A DNA stretch of 56,435 nucleotides, counting the filler, from Porpidia crustulata (Eukaryota), in NCBI GenBank assembly GCA_964255105.1. It is 5 parts of 5 records of this genome, joined end to end, with 100 filler letters (N's around TTAATTAATTAA, not from the genome) between each part and the next. Parts side by side here need not be neighbours in the genome. Positions count along the whole stretch, not along the records: positions 11,329 to 22,555 come from CAXUWE010000686.1; positions 22,656 to 33,874 come from CAXUWE010000687.1; 3 more parts are not named here. One strand, 5' to 3'. The notes below the pieces were generated by a model that saw only the letters and a list, made by a program, of their open reading frames with translations, made no database searches and was not told the DNA's origin. The translations under genes and the position numbers were made by a program. This document shows positions 12,477 to 24,211 of this stretch, one piece after another; positions within the stretch are counted from its first letter, which is position 1; the number at the start of each line of letters is the position of its first letter.

Positions 12477-14684
12477 TCAACAGATTATCAAAGAATAGCC
12501 AGTCCGTTGGCAAAGATCAATGCAGCATGTCAAACACGCGTCTTTCCGTATGACACAAGGTGCTGGATATGAATATGTAAGGCATAGCATCCTCAGACCG
12601 TCATTGCCCTCCACAGCAGCGGCACTGATCATATGAGGATGGATCCGGTTGTCACAAAGGTCAATTTTATAGGGGCTAAGAGGCCCGGTATACTGCAACC
12701 GGTAAGACTTTGCGAGCGGGCTATCTGAAGGATGAGGGCAGATTTTCAATATGAATGAATGTGCGAGATTCAACAGTACCCAAAGGGGGTTTTTACTCAT
12801 ATGTCTTAACCCATTAATGGTATCCTGGATGCCCATGTTTACGTAGAGGATGTTGTCACCACGGCTGACCTTCCAAACTAGTTTTTGGTCCGGGACTAGA
12901 TTCCTGAGTATATTCACTGTCTCGCTGTCGTGATGAATGAGCGTATCCGGTATGAGGGTGCTCGATCTCTCACTCACCCCTTGCGAGTAGCTTTCACCTT
13001 CGTATCGAAGTAGTCCAGCTGCCCAGGAGATCATCAGGTATCCCCTTTTCTCGAAGCACTGGGTCTCAAAAATTTTGGGATACACGACTTGACCTTTGAA
13101 CGAAGAGATGACCCACTGCTGGGAACTGATGCCGTCCTCAACGTTATGTCCAACTAGACTGAGTGCAACTTGGAGTATGTCCATGGCGGGACAAACGACT
13201 GGTTCGCTCCGACCTTGCGTGAGGATCGAGGTGATAGCATTTTTGAAGTTCGGGAATTCACAGTGCTCGCTTGATAGATGTATCAAAAGCGCCTCTAGAA
13301 AGTCGAAAAGGGACAAAGCAAGGGTATGAGCTATGAAGTGAGATATGACACCGACAAATAAAGCCCTATGGTCTTTCTCGCATTTCGAAAGACGATTGTA
13401 GTAGCAAGATGTACACCTACAATTTCTCCTGAGATCTTTGATACAGCTTTCAACAACTGGTAGGTCTGTTCTTAGCAGGCCGTCTTTCAGGGAGAGCAAT
13501 TCAATTCATTGGCTAGAGCCTAGCATTCGTGAAAGCATAGCTGATATGACACTATCCTTTGGGAAGGGACACGGGACCGCCTCAAGTATCTCATTATCCT
13601 TAACGAATCAAGGAAGTGACTCCCTGTCGGTGCCCCACTGGGTGCCCCTATTTGACCGATCGAACTCTCGAAATCTAGATATCCGGAGAAATCGTATGAC
13701 TTGCTTCACACAGTATGGAAGGGCCTGAATGGCTGCCCTGCGGAACATTCCGGAGTCCACATCAAGGGACTGAAGCAGCCACTGGCCGTATCGCTCAATA
13801 GCGACCATGCGCGATCCGCGTTCCGGGATTTCACCCGCAGAGATGAGCTCGGCAGGGCTGCCCAGGCTGTCTTGTATAGTAATTTTCAGACCAGAAAATT
13901 TTTGATTTTTGCTCTTAGCGATGAGGGTGATTCTGCTGGTCGGCTGTTCTATGATCGATCTCCCATTTTCCGAGTAGATGGACGGCGCGAGACCAATACA
14001 CCATTGGATGAAGGCGGCCACCCAAGGGATACAGGAACCGGCTTCTAGTTTCAAGCTCGAAGCGTTCCCGATTTGACTCAATTGCCCCAACGCCTCAATC
14101 AGTTTCCTCAATCCATCTGAATCCGGGACGTGACTGTCGTTGTTCACTTGTGTTTTCACAGAGAATAATTCGGACTGATTGCGAAGCATCTGGCACCAAC
14201 CGAGAAACAGGTCACTAAATTCCATTTGTACACATCGATGTTCCAAACTCATCAAGAGATCTTTCAAATGCCTCGCAGGCGGCAGCAACATCTTGTCCCG
14301 CGCCGAGCTTCGCAGCATCCCCTCAAGAGCCATAGCACCATTGAAAGGGCTATAACTTGGGACCAATGCTGCTGCAAGCGCTATGAATTGTATACCAGCT
14401 AAGCTTTGCGCGAGCTGTGAGGCGCAGTTACCAGGAGAATAACCCACTTTGGCGCTGAGGAATGTGATGACCCTAGTAGTAGGTGTCTGCAACCTGATGA
14501 CTAGGGATTCCACCTTCCTGCATGTCTCCGGACATATTGTCAGTGTGGCACCGAAACGTTCACAAGCCAAAAGAGTAAGAATCTGGATGTTGTCACTCGT
14601 GGAAGCATGAATGATGCCTTTTGTCACGGACAAGGTCAAGTCCGTTGTACGTGCTAACTCCCACTGGAATTGCGGGACTGGCAT
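12477..14684 (-). pseudogene. Fungal hypothetical protein of about 735 codons with Cys-rich motifs, interrupted by two in-frame TGA codons
   Basis: ORFs 13608-14684 and 12477-13499 share a frame. The linker reads *FVKDNEILEAVPCPFPKDSVISAMLSRMLGSSQ*IE, with stops at 13608-13610 and 13506-13508. Contains CRCTSC and C-terminal CVIRKDACLTCCIDLC. Confidence 0.7.
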
Positions 14685-15540
14685 GTCGATAACCTATAGG
14701 CCACGTCCAGGAAGGTATAATAAGGGGTGAGGCTATCATATGAAGAAGATTGAAACGTGCTCGAATATATACGAAAAGACACATTCCCCGAGCTAGTCTT
14801 AGGCTGATGCCCTGGGATAGCGGCGTTGACATACCCGGGCGTATCTTCAGTGGATGGGGAAGATTCTCGGCTAAAGCTGAACAAGCCAACTACATCACAA
14901 GCTATACACGGCTTGTTGATTAATACTAGAGCTACCCCTAAGCCTGGTCAGTGCGGCGCTTTTCACTATTCAATCTCTGGAAGATCCGCGGTGGAAAGTT
15001 CTGTTATTTTCCCAATCAGAAACGTCGTCATCTAGACGTAGAACTTTCTAGTGTCTGTTTTTTCACTCGAAGATTTTCTGATTAGCCCTGTTTTCGATGA
15101 ACTTTCGATGAAGTATTGAAGGTCAATATGCTTCTGCTTGAACTGGTGAGGTGACTGTGTAATGTGTAATGTGTCTTGATTAGTAGGATCATATGCCTGT
15201 CATACCTAGTATTTCATTTTTCTCCTGTTGAAACACAGTGCTCAGATTTGCGGTCTCGCTTTTTTTGTCTGGCGCATGGGTCTGTCGTAGTGTAATATAT
15301 GTATCTCCTTTCTCTGTGCTCTTTTAAAGCTCTTCTGAGAATTCTTCTTGCTTTGTAGATGCTCTTTTACGACGCTTTCTTGCTCTTTTACTTACTGCTT
15401 TCTTTAAAACGACTCTTTTACTCTTTTGGAATTAAAACGATAATCGTTCATTCTAAGGTTGGAATATACATGACAAATATGTCTCTTATATGCATCTCAA
15501 GTTAGAATCGAAAGTTGTCGTTCTCGATTAGGAAAGAGAG

Positions 15541-15671
15541 TACTCGTTTTCACCCCTCAACGGAACACACCCTTCGAAGGAACAGCAGGCCTAGGGTTAG
15601 GGTTTTTCTCCCTAATTTGAACCTAGCTGTTCCTTTGAGGGGTGTGTTCCGTTGAGGGGTGAAAACGAGTA
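15541..15671. mobile_element. MITE / internally deleted Tc1-mariner (pogo/Fot1-like) element
   Basis: 46-bp inverted repeats including the terminal TA (15541-15586 vs 15626-15671, 2 mismatches). TA on both sides fits a TA target-site duplication. Each TIR holds two copies of a CACCCCTCAAnGGAACA-like sub-repeat. Confidence 0.85.
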
Positions 15672-16353
15672 TGGTTGCTTTGAATGGAGCAGCACGGGAG
15701 CGTTAGGGAAGTAAGAGAGAGCACCGAGGGAGCCAGGGGGCGCATCAAAGCACCAAAGATTCTGACTTGTGGTACTACGAGGAGCGCGGCACAATCGATT
15801 CCTGGTTTGGCTACTCTCTGACTTCATTACAGCATGCTCATATTGTTGACGAGAATACTTGGACAGTTGTTGCTGAGCTCGACCTACGGCTCAAACCTCT
15901 TCTAATTTACCAGCTTTCAAACGAGAGGCCACTTGCAGAGATTATTGGTCGGAGGTTCCCGAAGGCTTTTTATCTCACTAACTCGTAAAGCAAAAAGTTG
16001 TCATTGATATCGTTGCATGCAGTGGCCCGTTTTTCCGTTGATTCATCATATCTTGGGACCTTTCCAGTCGCAGACCTCGGAAATCACGGATCACTTACCA
16101 CCCCTCCGGAGGCAACCAGCCGCTACACAAAAGCCTTTGCAAACTTTGTCCGTATTCTCTGGATCAGGCAGCGGGAGGGAGGACTGAGGTAGTTCTAGGG
16201 TTCGGGGCCCTTGGCTCAACAGTAATCTGAGTTGGCGCTCCGGTCGTTTGAGTGAAATATTAGGGAAGGAAGGGGCACCCAGCTAGGACTATTTACCCCA
16301 TTCCCCGTTCTCCACGCACAAACCAGCAAAAAGGATTCGATCATCTGGTCGCT

Positions 16354-18719
16354 TCAATTCATCTTACCATACTTCGCTCCAGCTTGCACCATCCCGAATA
16401 AAGTCCCATTATGCATACTGTCCACAAAAACCATTTGCACCTCCTCTTCTTCCCTGACAAAGTTTGTTCTCCCTACCTCGCCAATTTCGTCATCTTCATC
16501 ATCGGACGTTTCCACCATTCCACCCCGTCTTACAATAATCCTCACGTTCTTGGCTCTGGTATGCGGATTTTCAATACCGGCACAGGTGTTGAAGAGCACT
16601 TCGGGATCAGGATGGGAGCTGTGAGCTAGTGCGAGGAGGTCCGAGAGCTTCTCCCACGCTCGGGAGCTGCGCCGTCGAATAAGGTCGTACAGGAGATGCG
16701 CGGTGGCAATGCAAACGTATACGGAGAGTATGCCAATAGAAACAAAATCCGTCGTTGCTGAAGCATGATATCCATAGACTGTGTTGTGATAGAAAGAAAT
16801 AAGTCAGTCGACTGCGACCGGGTAATGCGAAGAAGATACAAAGTATTGAATTGGGCGAACTCACCGCCTGTAACCTTGCCTTGAAGAAAGAAACTGGTTA
16901 GATTAATTCCTTTCGGCCGGTCCTCAGGATATATGTCCAAGCTGTGCCATGCGGGGGGGATGAAGATAATGCACTGATCTGTGCCTGGATTTGATCCGTT
17001 GACGAAGTGGACAGCCGATTCCAGTTGTTGGGAATACCCCACACGTGCGACACCCTCTGCAAAGTAGGTTGCGATAACGAATTCCCAGAACTGATACGGA
17101 TTGGCATCATAGCGGTCTTCAACACGGTCGATCGGTGGAAAATACGTGTGATTAGTGCTCATTAAGAGATTGGCGATAGTTGAGGCAGGCCTGGTCATAT
17201 GGAGCGTTGGAGAAAGATAGGGAACGGTTGGCGTCAAGGCCTAAAGCCAGTCCATAGTAGCTTTGATGTGCTTCCAGTCGGTATTATTGGCTGGAAGAAA
17301 TGGACCCCCTACGCCCGCTAAGATCGCTATATCTAACGGACCGTCAGACTGCACGTGGTGACTTTCGTCTCATCGAGCATCGATCGAGCATCCCAGAGCA
17401 GACCGAGTCGTGCCATTAGGTTTAATCAGCGGGGCGAGGATTACGAGACCGGCCGTAACGGCATTTATATCTTGTGCCCCGTCGATCCATACAGTCCTGA
17501 CTATGTCAGGACTAATGAAAGACACGTTATCGTGACTCCACGTATCTGGCTGGATCGCCACAGATGTATTGGAATCGTAACGAAAGGTTTCGTAGGATTC
17601 TAGCTTGGGGAATTGGATCTCGCTTGTGTTGGTCTTAATGGTTTGCCATAAACAAGCGGTTCTGACATTGGGGGCTTTTGACTTGACGGTAGACACACGC
17701 CCACCAGCACTCTCTTTATACTTCAGAACCAAGTAGTGTCCCACCAAAGTATATTTTGAACATACCCGGTGGCGACATGAGGAGTTCTCGCCCATGTTTC
17801 GACATGTTCATGTACATACAGTAGTCTCGTAAAAGTCTTCTCTCGTGCCATAAAGCTCCATTCCCAATGGGAAGTATTTGGTGCACTATCAAGTAGAGCT
17901 TGCATCTTTTGATAGGCGTTGGAGATGCAATGATCGTTTGTAAAACTATTGGGCTGCGTGCATGGAGTAGGGTCGGAGCTGTTGAAAGATTTTGGGCCGC
18001 CAACATTGGCGGCAGTCAGTGTCGCGGGAAATAAATCGATTGAACTCCCATTCAGCCAAAAGTGAGGTTTATAAACGACTCGGTCCTAGGGGGAAAGACT
18101 TAGTAAATGCCTCTGTTTTAGCCGTGAAGTGGAACGTACGGCTAACCGTGGTAGTATGAGGACAGCACTAGCGGGCCTATAACGAGAGCGAGGAGAGCAA
18201 TAATGATCATACAAACTACGATCAAAGCTCGTCTGCCTTTGGCTGGCGTGTTCAAAAGCCAGATCCATGTTGCCCTTGAGCAGAAGAAATCAAGCCGTGA
18301 GAAGGTAAAACCTGAGCTCACCAGACCCAATGGCAAGCCTTCGCCTTGCAATAATTGGTCTCGGATGATATCAAATACGATTTTCGTCATACTGGCTACT
18401 GTTAGAAGATCCTGTCACATCTATTTAGTTCCCTCAAGTAGACATGGTTACGAGTTCGCCGAACCTGTACTTTTGCAGCGACCTGAAATGCTGCGAGGGA
18501 GATAGTGGTGGTCCATAACCTAAAATCTAATGTAGGACCTATATATACACCTTTCAAGTTCAGAATTATCAACAGGATACAATTCGAAACTGGGAGAATG
18601 TGTATCAGGCCACGAGAAAACGCCAGTCGGAAAGAAACGTCGATGATGGTTTTCCTTTTCTCCTTGTGCAGGTCGGACTTGGAGGGTTTAAGACGTTCTG
18701 TTGAGTTAGAACGAGCCAT
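16354..18719 (-). pseudogene. Disrupted fungal integral-membrane hypothetical protein
   Basis: Coherent fragments in several frames: LIHILPVS...FQVAAKVQ, IIRDQLLQGEGLPLGLVSSGF, PASAVLILPR, FWLNGSSIDLFP, AWEKLSDLLALAHSS...LFNTCAGI. Frameshift near 18175; stops at 18086, 17723 and 17241. Confidence 0.7.
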
Positions 18720-18990
18720 TATCTCACTTGTGAGAGAACGAGATCATAAGGCTGCCACAAGAGTGTGAGGTAAGTTGACTGAGAAAAGGAGTGCTTTGGA
18801 AAAACGATACGATCAACGGAGCTGCTACTCATGGAGCTTTTATAGAGGTATGGAGGCTCTCATTTTTTGCGCCTCCTGACGCCGTTGTTAAGGCTACCTT
18901 TTACACTTATTGGGCAGATCAATACGAGGTCTCCCGCAGCGTAAGTACGGCAAGGTTGTGTTTGCCCTTTTTCAAAAATCTTAATAGGTT

Positions 18991-19993
18991 CGATTCCTAT
19001 TGGCGATGTTTCAATCGTGTAGTGGTTTTATTATTCCGGCTGCCCAACTAGGAACTGGGAGAACAAGGGTTCAGTAAGCCGTGCAGTGAGCGCCATCTGC
19101 GAACATTATCGCATGAAAAGCGCAATCGACCACGTTGAGGATCTTCCTTCGCCCGTCAGAAAAGTAGATTTGACCTCGTAGAGAGTGCTCTCGACGAACG
19201 CAGAGCGAAGCGTTCGGGCCAGATTGAAGGAGTATGGAAGTAGGAAGGACTGCAATACCCCGGCTTTGTGTTGCGGTAGCATCTGACCTGGAGATGCATC
19301 ACAATCCAGGTACCCGATCATTATCTAGCTAATCGAAGCGTATACATCGACTATCTGATTAGATATACCGTTATCAGGAATTGCTCCTGCTCGGACTGGC
19401 CCGAGGAGGGTGGTGTGTTTCAGGAGTGTGAGCACTTGCAGACGTGGGCACCCCCAATTTTTTGTTTGAGGCTGAAAGAATCTGTTGGAAGATGACAAAG
19501 TCTTACAAAAATACAATAGTAGCCCGAGGCGAGGACTGGGGATGTTTGCCGTATGATATTTAATCATAACCGGTGTTGAGATATATGATGGGCTGACTTA
19601 GGGTGAAAAGGGTTGTGGATTGAGTCGGTCTAGCTACGTGTCTATATATCGGAGGTCAGGTGATCTTACTAGCGTAAGCACCCCGAACACCTAGTCGTAG
19701 GACCTAGATGCTCTGTTTTCAACAACCGGGTCGATTCCTATTGACCCTGGTTCAATGGTGGTGGGGTTTAATTATTGTTCTGGCAGCGCCAATATCCATG
19801 TTCAATTCAAGCCATCTGCAGGGAGAGATTCGGAATTTGAATCTCAGCTACGGCGTTGACGACTTATGAATAGGAATTTATGGCACTCCGTTCGCGGCTT
19901 GCTGACGTGTGATAGAGAGTCGTGTTTGTCGTTTAATATCTAAGATCCGATTTCTATTGACGATGGTTCAATGATGGTGTGGTTATATTGTTC
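18991..19993. repeat. Three dispersed copies of a ~50-bp non-coding motif
   Basis: Copies start at about 18991, 19732 and 19948; consensus CGATTYCTATTGRCSMTGKTTCAAT followed by a GT-rich stretch and TATT. Confidence 0.7.
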
Positions 19994-20628
19994 ATAGGGA
20001 CTCAATTCAGACTCCTGCTTATTACGTTCCTGCACTGCCCCACAATGCCCTTTCTTTTTGCTTCCCATTGGTCCCTTTCAAACGATCTTACCCGATTTTT
20101 GAATTGATACCTCCAATCCTAATCCTAAGCGCTGGTTGCAATATCTCACAGATTCCAATAGTTTTCCCGAACTGAGCGCAACACGTGATCTGTCGCTGAC
20201 TTCGGTGCCGCCGCTCTGCTCTCCCGCTTTTGTTGGCGTATCAGGTCAGGGATGGCATTGATATTCCACTCCGCTAGGAAAAAAGGAAAGTTTCTGCTAG
20301 CGTCCTCAGCCCCACGTGGCGGAGAGTGCCAAACCCAATCCGTATATATAAAAGTACACATGAGCATAAGGTAGCAAGCAACAGCTTCCACGAGCTGGAG
20401 TTTCAGAACTTCACTGCCTCTTCCTACCTTTCAAACTGCATCATCTTGCGGAGCTGCGCTCATGAACTCTGCTTGGCAATACTTCGTCCCAGTGGCACGA
20501 TGGCTTTCGCTTGAGATGTCTGACTGAGCTACTCTTCGCATTCGTTACCAGATGTAAACCCGTGATCACAGTCCCATATCCCCATGACCAACTTGGTATC
20601 GGCAGCCTAAAAAGGACCGATAATCACG

Positions 20629-21375
20629 ATGTCCATTATAGACCTCCCACCAGAGATACTTTGCCAGATCTTCCAATCCACAGCCGACTTCTCCGCCGTC
20701 AATGCTCTGACCCGAACATCCCGAGCCTTCCACTCCATTTGGCTCGCCAACTCCCCTGCTATCTTCCACGACGTCGCTCTCCGAGCCCTCCCCAACTTCA
20801 GCGACGCTGAGCGTCTGATTGCTGCGCAAGAAGAGGCCCACACCGCAGCCCATCCACATTCCCCTGAGCCCTCCTTCTCTCGCCATGAGCGCTTTCTTTT
20901 CGACGCGCGTTGCGCCTCCGCCGCCTGCAAACACTGGGACGAAGTTTGCCAGGTGCACCATCGCGCGCACCTCCGCGGCGACAACCCAGCACTGAGACCT
21001 TCCGAACGCGCACGCTTCAAAAGATCGTTCTACCATCTCTGGACTCTATGTATCCTTTGCAACACGCCAAGCTTGCGACCTCAAGCCCTCAACTTCCTAG
21101 TCGCCTGCAATCTTGTCGAGCTGGCCGGGCTTGACGAGATTGCTACCTGGGCTGATGGCTATAATGAAAATGAATTTGGAGACTCCGGCTTGAATTTCAT
21201 GGACGGGACGTGGAATGCAGGATTTCAGATGATTGATCAATATTGCGCTTGGGATAAGAAGGAAAATAGTGGGCATAGAAGAATAAGTGTTGCTGGGGAC
21301 GACGCGCCCATAGGTTTCTGGGTCTTCTTTGACCACACGCAGCATTATCTTGAGCGGATAAGTGCGCATTGGTGA
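20629..21375 (+). CDS. F-box-like domain protein
   Basis: N-terminus IIDLPPEILCQIFQS...AVNALTRTSRAFHSIW is F-box-like; intact 248-aa ORF; TATA-like TATATATAAAAG at about 20343. Confidence 0.75.
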   Translation: MSIIDLPPEILCQIFQSTADFSAVNALTRTSRAFHSIWLANSPAIFHDVALRALPNFSDAERLIAAQEEAHTAAHPHSPEPSFSRHERFLFDARCASAACKHWDEVCQVHHRAHLRGDNPALRPSERARFKRSFYHLWTLCILCNTPSLRPQALNFLVACNLVELAGLDEIATWADGYNENEFGDSGLNFMDGTWNAGFQMIDQYCAWDKKENSGHRRISVAGDDAPIGFWVFFDHTQHYLERISAHW

Positions 21376-21559
21376 CTCGAGCAACTTCGAGTGGGGTCCG
21401 CCGAATTTATGAGCGAAATGTGAAGTGCTGTGTGTCATACACGCCATATCACCCGCCGGAACTCTCTACGCTCTCTCTTAACTTTTCCTTTTAGAATAAC
21501 CAGAGTCCACACACTGCTCAGAGACCCCCGTCAATCCGTTTCCGCCCACTCTCTCTAGT

Positions 21560-22280
21560 ACTGATCAATACGTCGAATTTCACCCGCAGATCTCGATATA
21601 TCCTGAGATATCGCCATATAGACCTTACTGTAAGCTCCCCGTCTAGAAAAGCGCATTGCTGCAAAGTACAAAAGTTCGTTGCGAACGATTCTTTTCTGAT
21701 TGAAAAGACACGATTGTAAGTTCTGACAATCGAATGATCGATCTATATTCTTCTACCTTAGAATATCAGATCATGAACAAATGCTGACAAATGTCCTTGG
21801 AACAGAAGTTGATGAAAAGACGTCCATGAGATGAATATGTCTTAGATCAAGAACATCATTTTCATGCGTCGTTTCTTGTTGTGTCTCCGCCACTAATAGG
21901 GGCATAGTAGGGCACTACTACCACGGCCCATGGATGACAGCATCGTCTCAGAGACTGAAGTCATAGTGATGAATCCTTAACACGGCTCATCTAACATGTT
22001 TCTTCGACCGTGAATAAACTCACAGCACAAGAAAATATATTGATCTCAAGAAACATTATAAGATCAGCTTCTATATTCATTTATTCTTTTTTTGCTTGTA
22101 ACTTTGAGCACTTTCACGTCTTATCCGCGATCTCACGAATCTGTATCGTCGCCTCTCGATCATCCAGCCACGACAATGAAACAGATTTTGAGACGACTGA
22201 GGAACTCAGAGCCAGCCTACGTTCACCTAGCATGATCAAGTTCATCTCTGTGCTATTTGCATTCATGAAAATTTGAAGCG
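21560..22280. mobile_element. Possible heavily mutated (RIP-like) transposon or gene relic
   Basis: AT-shifted, stop-rich sequence with no coherent ORF; no family can be assigned by eye. Confidence 0.25.
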
Positions 22281-22555
22281 GTTATATTTTTTTTTGGCTT
22301 TTTTAAAAGGGAACTAACCGTACACCTCCTTTGCTTACTCGTAACTCCTTTTGGCTTATCCGTACCCCCCTCTCCTCAAATACGAGGTTTAGCTTTAGGG
22401 TTATAAACCCATTCTTCATCAATCGCTCCAATATCGGGCATTTGCACCCTGTGCTAATTCGATCAAAATCACCCTGTTTACTATTGGAGTGTCATCCAAA
22501 GGCCTTCCGTCCACCTAGGCGGTGGAATTGCCCTCCCATGACCCCAAAGCTGGCG

Positions 22556-22655
22556 NNNNNNNNNNNNNNNNNNNNNNNNNNNNNNNNNNNNNNNNNNNNT
22601 TAATTAATTAANNNNNNNNNNNNNNNNNNNNNNNNNNNNNNNNNNNNNNNNNNNN
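22556..22655. other. Artificial contig spacer
   Basis: N run with TTAATTAATTAA linker. Confidence 0.97.
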
Positions 22656-22737
22656 GAAAAGAGGAAGGAAGAATAAGCAGGAGCAAAAGGGGTATACGGT
22701 CACTGAATCCCTCCTTCCTCAATAACTATTCTTATTC

Positions 22738-22772
22738 AAAAAGAAAAAGAAAAAGAAAAAGAAAAAGAAAAA
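22738..22772. repeat. (AAAAAG)n microsatellite
   Basis: aaaaagaaaaagaaaaagaaaaagaaaaagaaaaa, downstream of the DUF4419 gene. Confidence 0.8.
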
Positions 22773-22900
22773 TCCGAATTACAAAAACTAATGCATTTGT
22801 TTTATAAACATTTCGCACGACGAACATCAATACAAGAACAAGCAGGCAAGAAGAACACCGGCGCCAGCCAAAAATCGCCGCGGCTCTATTACTACTCCGC

Positions 22901-24211
22901 TTAAGAACGTACGAATCCCCTTCGACCGCCTTTCCCAAATAAAGAAGCCATGCTGTTCTTGACGCCACCGGTGGCTTGAGGATCCGCTCCGCCCGCCGCC
23001 TGGGAACCCTCGTCGTCCACCTCCGCCTTCTTTTCAAACATGAACCACCCAGACTCCGGCTGCAAGGAGTCAAACCCCGGCGGACCAGTCGGATTCCCGG
23101 GGCGGTGCTCGACCGGAACCCATTCCCCGGAAGCATTGGTACCGTACCTGTGGCCAACATGCGTGGACGTCTCGTCCAGGGCCATGCCCGAGCTACTGAG
23201 ACGAATGCCCATGGATCCCGCAACCGTGATGGTGTCGTATAAGACTCCATTGTCATTTACTTTCACTGGCACGGACGAGTGGCCCGAGGGAATCTTGTTC
23301 ATGTTGACGCGATGGTAGTTGATGCCGTCGAGGCAGCATCCAAAGCCCCGAGTGGGCGCATACAGAGACTTGCCGTCTTCGTCCCAGAAGCAGAATGCGG
23401 TGATCCAGCCGGACAAATAAACAGGCCCACTGCCGTTGCTGATGCGATCCGCAATCTTCTGCCAGAAGTCTTTGGTCTCGGACGAATCAGGGGCGTCAAA
23501 GGAGCGTACGAAGCGCGTTAGGACGGGTTTCAGAAGGTCGTGGAACTGGGACGCCTCGGGGCCGAGATTGGGGAGCTTCTCCAGGCGCTGCAGGATTTCT
23601 TGCCAGTCGGCCTGGACGCCGAGAAGAGTAACCGAGGGGATCCCACATGCGAGCTCGAATGTGTAGGCAAAGTACTTCTGCAGCGCGCCCATCATGATGA
23701 CGGAGGCAACGACTTGGTCTGTCTCCGTTGTTGTGGAAAAGGCCGGCATGATCCACGGCCGGAGTTCCGGATCGACGACATTTTCGCCCATGAGTTCGGT
23801 CATGCGTCTCGCCATGGCTCCGAAATCGGCGGTGTAGATGTTTCCGACGTCTTTGATCACAAGCTCCTTCTGTCCTTCATGGGCTACGAAAAAGGATCGC
23901 AACTCTTCTGCGTGCGCATTGACGTAGAGGTTCAATTGCGTAAGAATGGCGAACCAAATATCCTCGGGGCGCAGTGTGAGATGGTGATGGTTGCAGTAGG
24001 CGGCAATCGCACCCCGAACGAATCCGTTCGCGGACGCTTGAGGAGGCGCTTGCGGTGAGAATTTATCAAAGGACGCTCGGATCATGGCCTTATACTTTTG
24101 AAATTGGGCGGGACAGGATTTTTTCAACAGAATCTCGGCGGAACCTGCTGCTTCGGAATGTGATGTCCATTTTCTGGCAGGATGATTGGTGGCTTCAATG
24201 ATTACCGGCAT
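22901..24211 (-). CDS. DUF4419 family protein
   Basis: NGFVRGAIAAYCNHHHLTLRPEDIWFAILTQLNLYVNAHAEELRSFFVAHEGQKEL, CGIPSVTLLG and LSGWITAFCFW. A longer start at 24477 via an intron is possible (see findings). Confidence 0.85.
   Translation of the reverse strand: MPVIIEATNHPARKWTSHSEAAGSAEILLKKSCPAQFQKYKAMIRASFDKFSPQAPPQASANGFVRGAIAAYCNHHHLTLRPEDIWFAILTQLNLYVNAHAEELRSFFVAHEGQKELVIKDVGNIYTADFGAMARRMTELMGENVVDPELRPWIMPAFSTTTETDQVVASVIMMGALQKYFAYTFELACGIPSVTLLGVQADWQEILQRLEKLPNLGPEASQFHDLLKPVLTRFVRSFDAPDSSETKDFWQKIADRISNGSGPVYLSGWITAFCFWDEDGKSLYAPTRGFGCCLDGINYHRVNMNKIPSGHSSVPVKVNDNGVLYDTITVAGSMGIRLSSSGMALDETSTHVGHRYGTNASGEWVPVEHRPGNPTGPPGFDSLQPESGWFMFEKKAEVDDEGSQAAGGADPQATGGVKNSMASLFGKGGRRGFVRS

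Noticed and set aside
8888..13610. Reassigned TGA codon (alternative genetic code or selenocysteine) as the explanation for in-frame TGAs in two genes
   Set aside because: Several ordinary genes here, including RSM27, the RS-rich protein and the hydrolase, end at TGA where the protein plausibly ends. CGA>TGA mutation is simpler, and Sec machinery is not known in Dikarya.
15300..15540. Possible pogo-type DDE transposase relic next to the MITE (minus-strand ILT*DAYKRHI)
   Set aside because: Too short and stop-ridden to distinguish from chance without a profile search.
16180..16290. tRNA-like words (GGGTTCG, GGGGCCCTTGGCTCAA)
   Set aside because: Elements are in the wrong order and no cloverleaf can be built.
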